Below, in pieces: positions 41,200 to 54,564 of a stretch of DNA of 64,000 nucleotides. A model generated the notes under the pieces. It was not told the origin of the DNA. It did no database searches and was given only the letters and a program-made list of their open reading frames with translations. Origin of the DNA: Eledone cirrhosa (taxonomy: Eukaryota); contig OZ024755.1 in the NCBI GenBank assembly GCA_964016885.1, positions 26,970,001 to 27,034,000 of the forward strand, in the 5' to 3' direction. The position numbers and the translations under genes are program-made. The stretch's first letter is position 1; each line of letters begins with the position of its first letter.

Positions 41200-41613
41200 T
41201 TAACCCTTTACATTACTCTATATTTACTATTGTATTTTCATGGTAAAGGCTTTATCTTATATAATTATCTCACATAATATTGAATATTTATTTTAAGAAC
41301 AACACCTTAACATAAGTATGAGTAGCTGGTTATGGCTAGTTTGAATAGAAAGAGGTGAGAAATATCTGACAGGATACGGCCGGTTTAACCCTTTAGCATT
41401 TACATTACTCTATATATACTATTGTATTTTTGTCGCAAAGGCTTTATCTTTTCTAATTACCTCACATAATATCGAATCTACGAGATTTTGATATTATTTA
41501 TGTTGAGAACAATATCTTAACATAAGCATGAGCAGCTGGTTATGGCTAGTTTGATCAGAAAGAGGTGAGAGAATTCTGGCTGGATACTGCCGGTTTAAAT
41601 GCTAAGGGGTTAA
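41200..41613. mobile_element. Two tandem piggyBac-type MITEs
   Basis: The second copy begins at a TTAA (about 41386) inside the end of the first. Confidence 0.8.
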
Positions 41614-41751
41614 CAGAAGAACCAGGTCCTTGAATTGCTTTTAGTGGAGTGCACTGTTACACAATATGGTTTAACAAAGTGTTTATATTTATCTTAACAA
41701 CATAATTTTATGTAAGAATATTTGTTAAGCTATGTTCCAAACATCAGCTTA

Positions 41752-41941
41752 ATAATTGTTGTCTTTTGGCACTAGGCCAGCAATTACCCCAGTGCATTAC
41801 TGGTGCTTTATTTTATCGATCCTGTAAACATGAAAGGCAAAGATAACTTCGACAGGATTTGAACTCAGAACGTAAAGGGCCGTTACTCTGTGCTGCAAAG
41901 CATGGCATCCGACCCTTTACTGATACTGCCAATCTACCACC
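41752..41941 (-). mobile_element. SINE family B
   Basis: Consensus match. Confidence 0.8.
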
Positions 41942-42567
41942 AATTCACCAACTTAATAATGAGAAATTCTTGATCATTTGAAAACCACAGACAGTGTTGT
42001 CTTTCATGGGAAATATGGTAATGAATGAGTTAAACACTGTATGTATCTGTCTGTGTGTCTGTTAGTGGCTGTATTATTCTTAGTTCCATATCTCTGCTCA
42101 TAGAACTGCTTACAGACTACTACATGTGTAATAAATATGATTGCCGCCACTATCAATCTATTGCTAGTGCAAGTCTGAACATGTCCAAGGTTTGTGCAAT
42201 CACAGGAAAATGACTCATGTTTTCTTCTGTTGAGAAGAAATAACCCACAGTTTATCCAGTTTCCTTCTAATGAGAGCAAATAATCTTGCATTATATCCAT
42301 AGTGGTTAGAGCATTGGGCTTGCAATCAAAAGCTTGTGAGTTCAATTCTCAGACCGGGTGACAAGGTTACATGTTACCAGTAGCACTCAAGAGTGACCCG
42401 ACATATATATATATATATGTGTATAACAGAGGAGTTGTGGTAAGAAACCAGATGGACCATAACACACCAGAGTACTCAATACTTAGGGTTGTAGAGTGGG
42501 TAATAGCCGTCAAAACGGCTTGAGCTCTGCTGTTGGGGTCATACTTTCTCCTATATATATATATATA

Positions 42568-42910
42568 TGGAAGCACATGGCTTAGTGGTTAGAGCATTGG
42601 TCTTGCAATCGAAAGGTTGTGAGTTCAAATCTCAGACCAGGTGATGTGTTGTTTCCTTGAGCAAGACACTTTATTTCACATTGCTCCAGTTTACTCAGCT
42701 GTAGAAATGAGATGATAGGAACTGGGGTCTATATCATTCCACTGCAAAGTGGTCGTGGAGGTGCCACGGCAAAAAAGCACCCAGCACTCACTGTAAATGA
42801 GGTTGGTGTTAGGAAGGGCATCGAGCTGTAGAAATCGAGCCAGAATCAGTTCCCGTCCCACCCTTGCAAGCAGGGAAAAGCGGACGTAAAATGAAATGAT
42901 GATGAATGAT
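42568..42910 (+). mobile_element. SINE family A
   Basis: Consensus match. Confidence 0.9.
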
Positions 42911-43244
42911 GATATATACACACACACATTTATGTATTATCCATGCAATATATACACTTACACATATATTTACTGCACAATTATATGTGTGTGTGTGGGA
43001 GGGGTGCGTGTGTATAGGTGTATGTATGTATACATGGAAGATATGAGCAGGAGGTGGTCCCTGACCTTTCTGGAAGGATAACTCCAAATAAAATCTGACT
43101 CAGTCCATAAAAACTCATCAGAGCAATGCAAGCATGAACTGATGAACATAAAATGATGAGGATATAGTAATACGCACACATCATCATCATCGTTAACATC
43201 TATCTTCCACGCTAGCATGGGTTGGATGGTTTTGTCCAACTTGA

Positions 43245-43246
43245 GG

Positions 43247-43296
<50 letters not shown>

Positions 43297-43672
43297 TCAC
43301 ATGATATATATAGACACACACACAATATATATATGTATATACACACACAACCACACACACACAATATATATATATATATATGTATACACACACACACAAC
43401 CACACACACACTCACATGATATATATATAGACGCACACACACTATATATATATATATATATATGTATATACACACAAACCACACACATGATATATATATA
43501 TATACAGACACACACAATATATATACAGACACACGCACAATATATATACACACACACAATATATATATATATATACACAGACACAAACAACATTCACACA
43601 CACAATCACAAACACACACATACATATACACACACACATATATATACATACACAAACACACTCACATGATAT
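43245..43672. repeat. Compound (CA)n/(TA)n microsatellite
   Basis: Directly visible. Confidence 0.9.
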
Positions 43673-43699
43673 ATGTCCCCAAAAAATGTTTGAACTGAA

Positions 43700-44056
43700 T
43701 CATCATCATCATCACCATTTTACGTCCGTTATTCCACGCTAGCATGGGTTAGACGGGTTGTCCCATTGTGGGCAGTCTCCGGTCGGCTGACCTTGTCTTG
43801 CTCATATGGGAACTGATTCTGGCTTGATTTCTACAGCTGGATGCCCTTCCTAACACCAACCTCATTTACACTGAGTACTGGGTGCTTTTTTTCTGTGGCG
43901 CCTACACGTCCACTTTACAGTGTGGGCTGGATGCTTTTTTTTTTGCCGTGGCACCTCCACGACCACTTTGGTGAGTAAACTGGAGCAATGTGAAATAAAG
44001 TGTCTTGTTCAAGGAAACAACACATCACCCGGTCCGAGAATTGAACTCACAACCTT
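43700..44056 (-). mobile_element. SINE family A, head truncated by (TA)n and the adjacent fold-back element
   Basis: Ends at CACAACCTTT, then (TA)n. Confidence 0.8.
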
Positions 44057-44069
44057 TATATATATATAT

Positions 44070-44455
44070 GTGGGAAAGTAAGAAATCGGAGAATAGACCG
44101 TTAAAACATGTTTATTTAAAACAGCACCTACGTACGTTTCGCCCAGTTGGGCTTCTCAAGGGCATAAATAATCAAAAGTGTTCCTTACATTGCTCGGAAA
44201 GAGTTTTTGGGGTTAAATTCACGTCAAGGTTCATTGCTCGCAAAAATACCTTGTTTTGATTTTGCAGCAGGTCCTGCTGCAAAATCAAAAATGAATCTTG
44301 ATGTGAATTTAACCCCAAAAACTCTTTCCGAGCAATGTAAGGAACACTTTTGATTATTTATGCCCTTGAGAAGCCCAACTGGGCGAAACGTACGTAGGTG
44401 CTGTTTTAAATAAACATGTTTTAATGGTCTATTCTCCGATTTCTTACTTTCCCAT
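44070..44455. mobile_element. Fold-back element with mirror variant hammerheads
   Basis: About 185-bp arms centred near 44271; motifs at 44124-44163 (-) and 44362-44401 (+). Confidence 0.8.
44362..44401 (+). ncRNA. Minimal hammerhead, C3U/G8A compensatory variant
   Basis: GCCC-TTGAGAA-GCCC AACT GGGC-GAAA-CGTACG-TA-GGTGC. Confidence 0.65.
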
Positions 44456-44559
44456 GTGCTTACGCTCTGCTAACTCTCTAACCCACTAAATATTAACACT
44501 TCGAATATTTAATACTGCCGGCGCTAGTATCGAGCACCTTTGGCATACGCTACTTGGCA

Positions 44560-44931
44560 AATAACTTCTTTAAGTATCACTTTAGAAGGAGAATCAGGGT
44601 GGAGAGAGAGGCACTGCACCCCAGTAAATTTACTGAAAGGTGGGTGAATGAAGCGAAAATGGCCCGAGTGATTGGGCCTTCTCTGTTTATAAGCCTGTAG
44701 GTTGAGGAAGAGAGCAAAAGGAAGAAAGGAGCACTTGCACAACACGCTCCTGGAGTTGAGGGTTGTACTATCGACGGGGTATTAAACAACCCATTTGTGG
44801 CGCCTCCCCCCTATTGGGGATTTCGATTGTTGTAATTGTTTGTTTTTATATTTTTTACACGACTGCATGTAAAATCCCCGGCATGTCTTTGTATTGTCCC
44901 CTTTTCTTGTGCGCCCTTGTGGCTAATAAAG

Positions 44932-44935
<4 letters not shown>
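44560..44935 (+). mobile_element. Tx1/L1-like LINE 3' end next to (TC)n
   Basis: NFFKYHFRRRIRVEREALHPSKFTERW..*, then a 3' UTR ending AATAAAGAAA, then (TC)n at 44935-44994. Confidence 0.55.
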
Positions 44936-44996
<61 letters not shown>

Positions 44997-45424
44997 AAAA
45001 ACTATTCATCTATCCAATTTTAGTTCTTTCTTCATATTTATTCTTGTCTTTTCTCCTGCCTTCTTTCTCTTATTTTCCACTATTTACTTCCTTCTAAACA
45101 GCAAAAGAATGTAAATGTCAGTAATATAATTACTGATTCCATTTTACTGTTCATGTCTTGAGAAACAAACAAACAAAAAAACCCCCAAAAAACTAAAAAA
45201 TACAAACCTTCTCAAGACCCATCAAGCCAGATACCAATGTTATGATGTCACAAGCATGTTGTTTTGGGTGGAATTAATTCAAATATATTCTCAGCTGCAT
45301 AGATTTATTGATTGTCATGATAATCTCCATGTTTTTATGACTCAAATCAAAATACTTTACTTACTAATAAGAAGCAGATGTAATATTGTTCATATTTCTT
45401 CTTTTACACATTTTGCTATTTTGT

Positions 45425-45637
45425 TTAACCCTTTAGCATTTACATTACTCTATATTTTTGTGGTAAAGGCTTTATCTTACATAATTATCTCACATAATAT
45501 CGAATCTATGAGATTTTGATGTTATTTATTTTGAGAAGAATACCTTAACATCAGCATGAGTGGCTAGTTATGGCTGGTTTGAACAGAAGGCGAGAGTTCA
45601 GGCTGGATATGGCCGGTTTAAATGCTAAAGGGTTAAA
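45425..45637. mobile_element. piggyBac-type MITE
   Basis: TTAA-CCC..GGG-TTAA. Confidence 0.88.
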
Positions 45638-45884
45638 TAAGATGGTATATTGCAAAGTGAAACTTCATAATACAGTATTAACTATATAATATGATATATA
45701 ACTATATAATACAATATGATGCAGTATAAAATTGTATAAAACAGCCACCTCACTATTTATCATCAACATCACCACCACCACCACCACCACCATCATCACT
45801 GTCATCATCAAAACCCCCACCAACACCATACTGATAACAGAATTTCAAGGAATTAGCATCAGCTAGAAATTAAAACTGAAACAT

Positions 45885-46157
45885 GAGCTAGGATGAACTG
45901 AGCTGGGCTGGTTGGGTCTGAGTTGAGCTGAATTGAGTTTGTCTAAAATTAGCTGGGTCTTGCTGGGTCAGTTTGGCCTAATTTGCTCAGGACAAGGCTA
46001 GTCAATACAGGTTGCTCAGGGCAATACTAAGCTACTCTGGGCTGAGTTAAGCTGAATTGAGTTTTCTGAAATGAGCTGGGCCTAGCTGAGCCAATTTGGG
46101 CTAAGTTTCTCAAGGCATGACTAAGCTACGCTGGTCTGAGTTGAGCTAAGTTGGCTT
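45885..46157. repeat. Degenerate GAGCT/GGGCT pentamer repeat
   Basis: GAGCTGGGCTGG..CTGAGTTGAGCTGAATTGAG, with a higher-order duplication. Confidence 0.7.
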
Positions 46158-47314
46158 GTAGACATTTTCTCTATCTCTCTCTACTGTATTTCTCACCACT
46201 TTGGTTTTCATAATAATACCTTGCCCAATTGTACCTCTCAAAGGCGATGACACAGGACTGTGACCTCTGGCGTTATGCAGTAATACAGAAGATCCGACTT
46301 CCTGCAGTTACAAGCCAAAGCTGAAGCATATAGACGATATGCCCCCACCCTCTCCCACTGCAAAGTGATCGTGGAGGTGACACAACAGAAAAGCACCCAG
46401 TCCACACTGTAAAGTGGTTATGTAGGCGCCACGGAAAGAAAGGATCCAGCACTCACTGTAAACGAGTTTGGTGTTAGGAAGGGCATCCAGCTGTAGAAAT
46501 CAAGCCAAATTCAGTTCCCGTATGAGCAAGACAAGGTCACCCGATCTGGCACTGCCCACAACAGGACAACCCATCTAACCTATGTTGATGTGGAAGAATG
46601 GACTTAATACGGTGATGATGACCAACCACTTCAAATTGAATGGTGGTCCTAGTTTCTTGGTTAATAGCTTATTATTTTGGAAATAATTGATTTAGGTTGC
46701 AGTGATATAGCAATAGTTTGGAGTATTAGCATTTCAATCATGTATAACTCTAGAATTAGAGATTAAGTTGATACAATAAAAAATATCCTTTTGATGTACA
46801 TTTCTAACTGAAAGTAGATTTAATTTATATAGAATAATTTTTGCTGTTTAGTTCCTCTAAATTTCTCTTTGATAAACACCTGTAATTGCTACACTTAGAG
46901 GTGTCGGCATTTATATATGTTTTTGTGTGAGAAAGAAAGAGAGAGTGTATATGAGAAATAATGGTGTATATGAGTGAAATGATTTCTAGACCTGATAGTT
47001 TTATGAGATAGAGAAAGCCAATGAGTGCGTTGTGACATATATATGTGATGTTGCTCAATTAGTGTAGAACCAGACTTTCTGCCAATGGGGTACTAAAGAT
47101 AATGTACTAAGATTAAAATGTTAAAATACATTTGAGTAATTAATGTCATTGTTCTAATTCCAAAGGACATAAATAACATTTTAAAAATAAAAATAAAACA
47201 AACTTTATTATTTCATCAAGAGGAAGGGCAGGGTCCATAACCTTTTTCTGTACACTTTAATCTTAGTCAAAAAGCTGAGAAATGATGACTGGAGTATCAG
47301 AATTGTCAGTGTAA

Positions 47315-48045
47315 GGCAGTGGTTTGGAAGTATTATTATTGGCAGTGGAGGGTAGTGGATTGGCAGTATTGTAAGTGAGGGTGGTGGATTGTCAGTGTTG
47401 GCAGTGAATTGGCAGTATAGAGTGGTGGATTGGCAGTATAGGGTGGTGGATTGGTAGTATTGGCAGTGAGGGTGGTGGATTGGCAGTGTTGGTAGTGAGG
47501 GTGGTGGATTGGCAGTGTTGGTAGTGAATTGGCAGTATAGGGTGGTGGATTGGCAGTGTTGGCAGTGAATTGGCAGTATAGAGTGGTAGATTGGCAGTGT
47601 AGGGTGGTGGATTGGCAGTATTGGCAGTGAGGGTGGTGGATTGGTAGTATTGGCAGTGTAGGGTGGTGGATTGGCAGTATTGGCAGTGTAGGGTGGTGGA
47701 TTGGCAGTATTGGCAGTGAGGGTGGTGGATTGGCAGTATTGGCAGTGAGGGTGGTGGATTGGCAGTATTGGCAGTGAGGGTGGTGGATTGGCAGTGTAGG
47801 GTGGTGGATTGGCAGTGTAGGGTGGTGTATTGGCAGTGAAGGTGGTGGATTGGCAGTGTAGGGTGGTGGATTGGCAGTATTGGCAGTGAGGGTGGTGGAT
47901 TGGCAGTATTGGCAGTGTAGTGTGGTGGATTGGCATTATTGGCAGTGTAGGGTGGTGGATTGGCAGTATTAGTAGTATTGGCAGTGTAAGGTGCTGGATT
48001 AGTAGTAGTATTGGCAGTGTAGGGTAGTGGATTGGCAATATTGGT
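47315..48045 (+). repeat. Minisatellite derived from the SINE B 5' head
   Basis: Unit GGTGGTGGATTGGCAGTATTGGCAGTG(T)AG, continuing directly into the SINE B body at 48045-48197. Confidence 0.85.
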
Positions 48046-48489
48046 AAGCGTTGGACACCATACTTTACAGCATAGTGTTATGGCCCTTTATGTTCTGAGT
48101 TTCAGACTTTGCCTTTCATCCTTACGGGGTTGATAAAATAAAGTACCAGTAATACACTGTGATAATTGCTGGCCTTGTGCCAAAAGTAGAAACAATTAAT
48201 ACATTAGTCTTAATTCTATAATTTCAAAAGGCCCACAAAGCTTAATAGACATGGGGTCCAGTCTTCCTGACTAAGATATGTAAGAAAAAGATTGTCATTG
48301 CCTTGACAATCTCTCAAGTTATATTAAAAACTTAATCTTTTGATAGGAGACATCTTTATGTATTATTCAAGATCTAAGATATAATTAGATAGTGTTGGTG
48401 TTTGTGATGGAGATTCTGAGACAGCCAACAATTGCTCCTCACAGCTCCACCTACAAACACATGTATGTTGTACATCACACATGCAGTGA

Positions 48490-49728
48490 CCACCATGACC
48501 ACCACCTCCCTTCCATCCCCTACTGTCGCTGCCACCACCACTACCACTGCCAACACCACCACTACCAACACCGCCACCACCACTTCCACTACCACCGCCA
48601 CCACCACCACCACCATCACTACCACCACCCACCACCACTTCCACTGCTGCCACCACCACCACCACTACCAACACCACGACTACCACTGCTGCCACTGCTG
48701 CCACCATCACTACCACCACGACCACTACCAACACAACCACCACCACCACCACCACCATCACTACCACCACCACCACCACCACCACCAACACAACCACCAC
48801 CACCACTACCAACACAACCACCACTACCAACACCACCACCACCAACACAACCACCACCACTACCAACACCACCACCACTACCACGACCACCACCACCATC
48901 ACTACCACCACCATCACTACCACCACCATCACCACCACCACCATCACCACCACCACCATCACTACCACCACCATCACCACCACCACCATCACTACCACCA
49001 CCATCACTACCACCACCACCACCACCATCACTACCACCACCACCACTACCAACCCAACCACCACCACCAACCCAACCACCACCACCAACACTACTACCAC
49101 CACCACTACCAACACTACTACCACCTCCATTACCACCACCACCACTACTACCACCACCACCACCACTACCAACACTACTACCACCACCAATACCAACACC
49201 ACCACCACTACCACCACCACCACTACCACCACCACCACTACTACCACCACCACTACTACCACCTCCACCACTACTACTACCACCACCACCACCACTACCA
49301 ACACTACTACCACCACCACCACTACTACCACCACCACCACCACCACTACCAACACTACTACCACCACCAATACCAACACCACCACCACTACCACCACCAC
49401 CACTACTACTACCACCACCACTACTACCACCTCCACCACCACTACTACCACCACCACCACCACTACCAACACTACTACCACCACCACTACCAACACCACC
49501 ACTACTACCAACACCACCACTACTACCACTACCAACACCAACACTACTACCACCACCACTACCAACACCACCACTATTACCACCAACAACACTACTACCA
49601 CCACCACTACCACTACCAACACCACCACTGCTACCATCACCACTAACACCACCACTACTACCACCACCTCCACCAACAACAACACTACCACCACCACTAT
49701 GCTGCACCACCACCACCACCAACAACAA
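48490..49728. repeat. (ACC/ACT)n trinucleotide array
   Basis: Directly visible; source of the poly-P/H/G/V ORFs. Confidence 0.97.
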
Positions 49729-49888
49729 CTCATCTTCTGCCTCCTCTTCTTCTTGTCAAAGAAAAATAAACATGGTAATGATATATCATTTAATCTACTT
49801 TGAAAAAGAAACCAAAACAAAGAATGGTATCATAATATTGGACAGAAGAGATTCTGGCTTGAAAATATTCTATGAATCTAGTTGTTGT

Positions 49889-50747
49889 TTAACCCTTTAG
49901 CATTTCCATTACTCTATATATATACTATTAGTGAAGGTGCATGGCTTAGTGGTTAGAGCAGTAAGCTTGCAATCGAAAGGTTGTGAGTTCAATTCTCGGA
50001 CCGGGTGATGTGTTGTTTCCTTGAGCAAGACACTTTATTTCACGTTGCTCCAGTTTACTCAGCTGAAAATGAGTACCAGCAATAGCTGGAGGTTTAACCC
50101 TGCGATCGACTGGCGTCCTGTCCGGGGGGGGGGGGGGGTCTTGTACTCTCAGTTGCTTCACGCCATGAAACCGGGACAAGCACCGGCCAAATGAGCCTTC
50201 TGGCTTAAGACAGACTTTATTTAGACTTAGGGCCTGTCCGCGAAGCCAGTGGGATGGCGTCATCGTAGGGCTAAAACAGCACGTGCTGTGACCAGCGGCG
50301 CCTGACAGACTGGTCGGTCAAGGTGATCAAGGTGATATATACTATTATATTTTCATGGTAAAGGCTTTATCTCACATAATATCGAATCTGAGATTTTGAT
50401 ATTTATTTTGAGAACAATACCTTAATATCAGTATGAGTGGCTGGTTACAACTGGTTTAAACAGAAATAGGTGAGAGAATTCTGGCCAGTTACAGCAGAAG
50501 CAGGTGAGAGTTCTGGCTGTATATCGCCAGTTTAAATGCTAAAGGGTTAGCATTTGAACTGGCCACATTCAGTCAGAACTCTCACCTCCTCCTGTTCAAA
50601 CCGGCTGTAACCGGCTGCTCGTACTGATGTTAAGGTATTGTTCTCAAAATAAATATCAAAATCTTGTAGATTTGATATTATGTGAAATAAAGTGTTTACT
50701 GTAAAAACACAATAGTATATAGAGTATTGTAAATGCTAAAGTGTTAA
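49889..50747. mobile_element. piggyBac MITE pair, the first interrupted by a SINE
   Basis: MITE 49889-49930 resumes at about 50348-50529. An inverted second copy spans about 50528-50747. Confidence 0.8.
49931..50336 (+). mobile_element. SINE with family A head/core but a different tail, flanked by TSD
   Basis: TSD ATATATACTATTA on both sides. Tail CCCTGCGATCGACTGGCGTCCTGTCC...(CAAGGTGAT)2. Confidence 0.85.
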
Positions 50748-52051
50748 CTCCAAGTCAACCGTGATGAAATAGGTCTATAATGAAACACACTCCAGATTTG
50801 ACTACAATGTTGATTGTGTCCTTCCATTTTTAAAGAGATAGGGTATGGTTTGGGGAGTAATTTGGCTGCTATTTCTTGCACATTGAGAGACTATGTAGAG
50901 GATCTAACACTGGCTCAAAATATGGTAATTCAGTTCAGTGGTGCAAGAATTAATGGTCTCTAAACAATTATGGGAGCACACATTTACTGTAAATACCCCC
51001 TCTCTTTCTTGTTCTCAGCTTCTCTCACTCACTCACTCCCACTGTCTCTCTCTCTCTCACTCACTCCCACTCTCTTCCCTCTCTCTCTCACTCCCAATCT
51101 CTTCTGTCTCTTACTCTCACACACTCCCACTGTTTCTCTCTCTCTCTCTCCCACTCTCTTCTACTCACTCCCACTCTCTTCTACTCACTCCCACTCTCTT
51201 CTCTCTCTCACCCACTCCCAATCTCTTCTGTGTCCTACTCTCACTTCTTCTTTCACATTCACACCCAATCAACATATATTAAATGTCATGGGACATTTAA
51301 AGAAACTTGCCAGCCAGAAAATGTTAACTATAGAGATGATTGAAACTCTCAAGATGCTGAAACCATTCACCATGTTTGGTGTGTGTGTGTGTGTGTGAAT
51401 ATGTATGTATACTCTATGTATGTAAGGTTGGAGGAACTCAGCAGAATCAACGGCCATCCAATAAAGTTTTTTCTTTATTGTGGAGTGAGAGACTCCTAGT
51501 CTTCTTTAAGACATCTCTCTAGGAGAAGGTCACTCTGATATAAAACCTGTGTCTTCTTTTGTATCCAATGATGTAAACCAGTTCTTCTTTTTGGGCAAAT
51601 ACATTGGATGTTCAGAGACTGGGATTGGCTCCACGCAAAGCCTTCCCTCACTTAAAAAAGCCTCAAGCACAGGCACTGCTTGATATGTGACATTTTTTGC
51701 GATGCAAAGCATTGCTGGCCATAGGGAAGTTCCTAGCAGGACCGAAAGGCCATGTCCATGATGCTCATGCTTAAGTACCAAGCAATGGCATTACTAGCAA
51801 TCAAGATGCATCCATCATGTGTGTGTGTGTATAGAGAGAAGGGGGGGGGGGGGGGGGGTGTATTGTTTTCTTGAGCTTCATTTCACATTGCTCCAGTATA
51901 CTCAGCTGAAAATGAGTACCAGCAATAGCTGGAGATTTAACCCTGCGATGGACTGGGGAAGAGTCTTGTACTCTCAGTCGCTTCATGCCATAAAACTGGG
52001 ATAAGCACTGGCCTTACAAGCCTTACATAGCTTAAGACAGACTCTAGACTT

Positions 52052-52241
52052 AGACATTGTAACAGTTACTCTAGCCATTCAAAAACACACCAAGACTGTT
52101 AACTTCACTTTACGTTTATAGTTTATTTCTTGGTGTCAAATTTTTCATAGTAACTGTTTACTGTTGCAGTGGATTTGGACACCAAGAAATAAATAAATGT
52201 AAAGTTAAGCAAACGGTTTTTGTATGGTGTCTAAATGGCTA
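52052..52241. mobile_element. Palindromic MITE-like element
   Basis: TAGCCATT..TTTATTTCTTGGTGTC / GACACCAAGAAATAAA..AATGGCTA. Confidence 0.55.
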
Positions 52242-53446
52242 TATGATCTAATTGCTTAAGTATAAACGAGTCTCAGATCAAATCCCTTGCCAGACAAGTA
52301 CAACTTTGAAAAGTAATAATAATTGTTAATAGTTTCGGCACAAGGCCAGTAATTATGCCAGTACATTACTGGTGCTTTATTTTACAGAGTCGATAAAATA
52401 AAGCACCAGTAATACACTGGGATAATTCCTGGCCTTGTGCCAAAAGTAGAAACAATTATATTCATGTGTGTGGGTGTATAGATATACAAGTTTTTCAGAA
52501 GTAATTCAGTTTTATTACACTGGAGAATTCTAGAGTATAAAAAAAAAAGAAGCTAAACTGTCGATGTGTTTGAAAATCGATGTACATGGAGTTGGGTTGT
52601 TGCTCTGTTGGTTCATAAAACCATTTTTATATTCTTCTAGTGATGGGGTATTATCTGTGAAGTTTAGAATGATTGATAGTTTGATTATTATAAGGAGATG
52701 AATATCACTTATATCTTGTAATATTATAAAATATTAATGTATAACCACTTTGATTATTTTTTTGGTCTCTTTTACTTTTTAGATGTTTTGAATTCTTCAC
52801 ACTCTTACCTTTTACTAACTTCCCAAGTTCTACTTCTTTTAATTTTTTTTTATCTTCCATTAGAAACAAAATGTATTAAAAAAAATTTCTAGAATTTTTT
52901 AATTTATTTTTTTTCTTTTATTGTTTTACACTGGGCTGGAGCTTTTTCTTTGTTGATGTCATAGAAGTTTAGTTAGAAACTAACTTATAAAGAAAATAAC
53001 ACACACACACACACACATAGATGCTGTACTTATATATACATATAGATCATATTCACACTCAGACACACATGCATATATACGTAGACACACACTCACACAC
53101 ACTTAGACAGATAGACACATACTTACACACATACACCTTGAGACAGGCACTTGCTCATACACATACACACACACACACATTCACAGATACACTTAGAGAG
53201 ATAGACACATGCTTACACACATACACACTGAGACAGGCACTTGCTCATACACACACACACTTAGACAGATAGACACAGGTTCACACACATACGCACTGAG
53301 ACAGCTCATACACATATACACACACACACTTAGACAAATAGACACATGCTCATACTCACTGAGACAGACATACACACACACATAAACACTTAAACATACA
53401 CGTATCAGTTTTTCATCTAATTTTTCCCCTATATTCACCTCAACCA

Positions 53447-53546
53447 CAACCCTATGTACCCAACCCTACCCTTTGTACCCAACCCTACCCTTTGTACTCA
53501 GCCCTACCCTATGTACCCAGCCCTACCCTATGTACCCAGCCCACCC
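53447..53546. repeat. 20-bp minisatellite (CCCTACCCTATGTACCCAA-like)
   Basis: About 5 copies. Confidence 0.8.
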
Positions 53547-54335
53547 CTGTCACCTACTTTGCCTTATATAATCTGTGTTTATTTGTTATACATCTTATCT
53601 GTTTCCATGTTATCTTCTTGCTCTACAAAATATAGTTTTCTCTGCAAAAATCTCTTAATCTGGCCAGCATTAAACTTAATGGTAAATCTCTTGCCATTAT
53701 CTTCTTCATCTTCACATTAACCACCACCATCACCATCACCACCACCACAACTATCACCACCACCACAACTATCACCACTACTGCTAATACCAACAACACC
53801 AACATCTAACATCAACCACCACCACCACCACCACCACTGCTAATACCATCATCAACACCAACATCAACCACCATCAATACTATCATCAACATTGACCACA
53901 TAAACATCTACTACCACCAAATTTATCTTCATATCAACTAAACCCCCCACCACCACCAATACCATCATCATCATTTACATCACATTAACCACCACCACCA
54001 CCACCACCACCTCCTCAGTTTTTATCTGCTGCTTTATTGATACAGTTATTTTATGTTTGTCAGTATTTTCAACATGTTCCTGTTGTCAAAATGAGGTCAG
54101 ATATTGTAATATTGGTTTATTTATTTCATTATTTCCTGAGGATTAACCTTATATCTTAGAAACTTTTCACTAAGCTGTTGAGGAAGATGTCAGAAAGTTA
54201 AAGATCTTTCTGGGTTTTTTTTTTCCTGTTTATTTTTATTTTTCAAATCTATTTATTTATTGAGAAAATCTTTTCTTTTCACCGATTTAAAGACTCACTA
54301 CACTCACTGCTTATGTGATGTGATTATTATAGAAA

Positions 54336-54528
54336 GGCGGTGGATTGGCAGTATCGGTAGAGGGTCGGACGACATGCTTTCCAGCATAGTTACGTCCCTT
54401 TACGATCTGAGTTCAAATCCCGCCAAGGTTAACTTTGCCTTTCATCCTTACAGGGTCGATAAAATAAAGTACCAGTAATGCACTGGGATAATTGGTGGCC
54501 TTGAGCCAAAAGTAGAAACAATTATTAT
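54336..54528 (+). mobile_element. SINE family B, full length
   Basis: Consensus match. Further copies at 59552-59750, 60348-60531 and 62118-62300 (all -). Confidence 0.88.
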
Positions 54529-54530
54529 TA

Positions 54531-54564
<34 letters not shown>

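Noticed and set aside
43058-43125. CTGATGA...GAAA-GGTC on the minus strand
   Set aside because: No convincing stem I or stem III; likely a chance match.
47208-49900. Pro/His/Gly/Val-rich long ORFs
   Set aside because: Translations of a SINE-derived minisatellite and an (ACC)n array.
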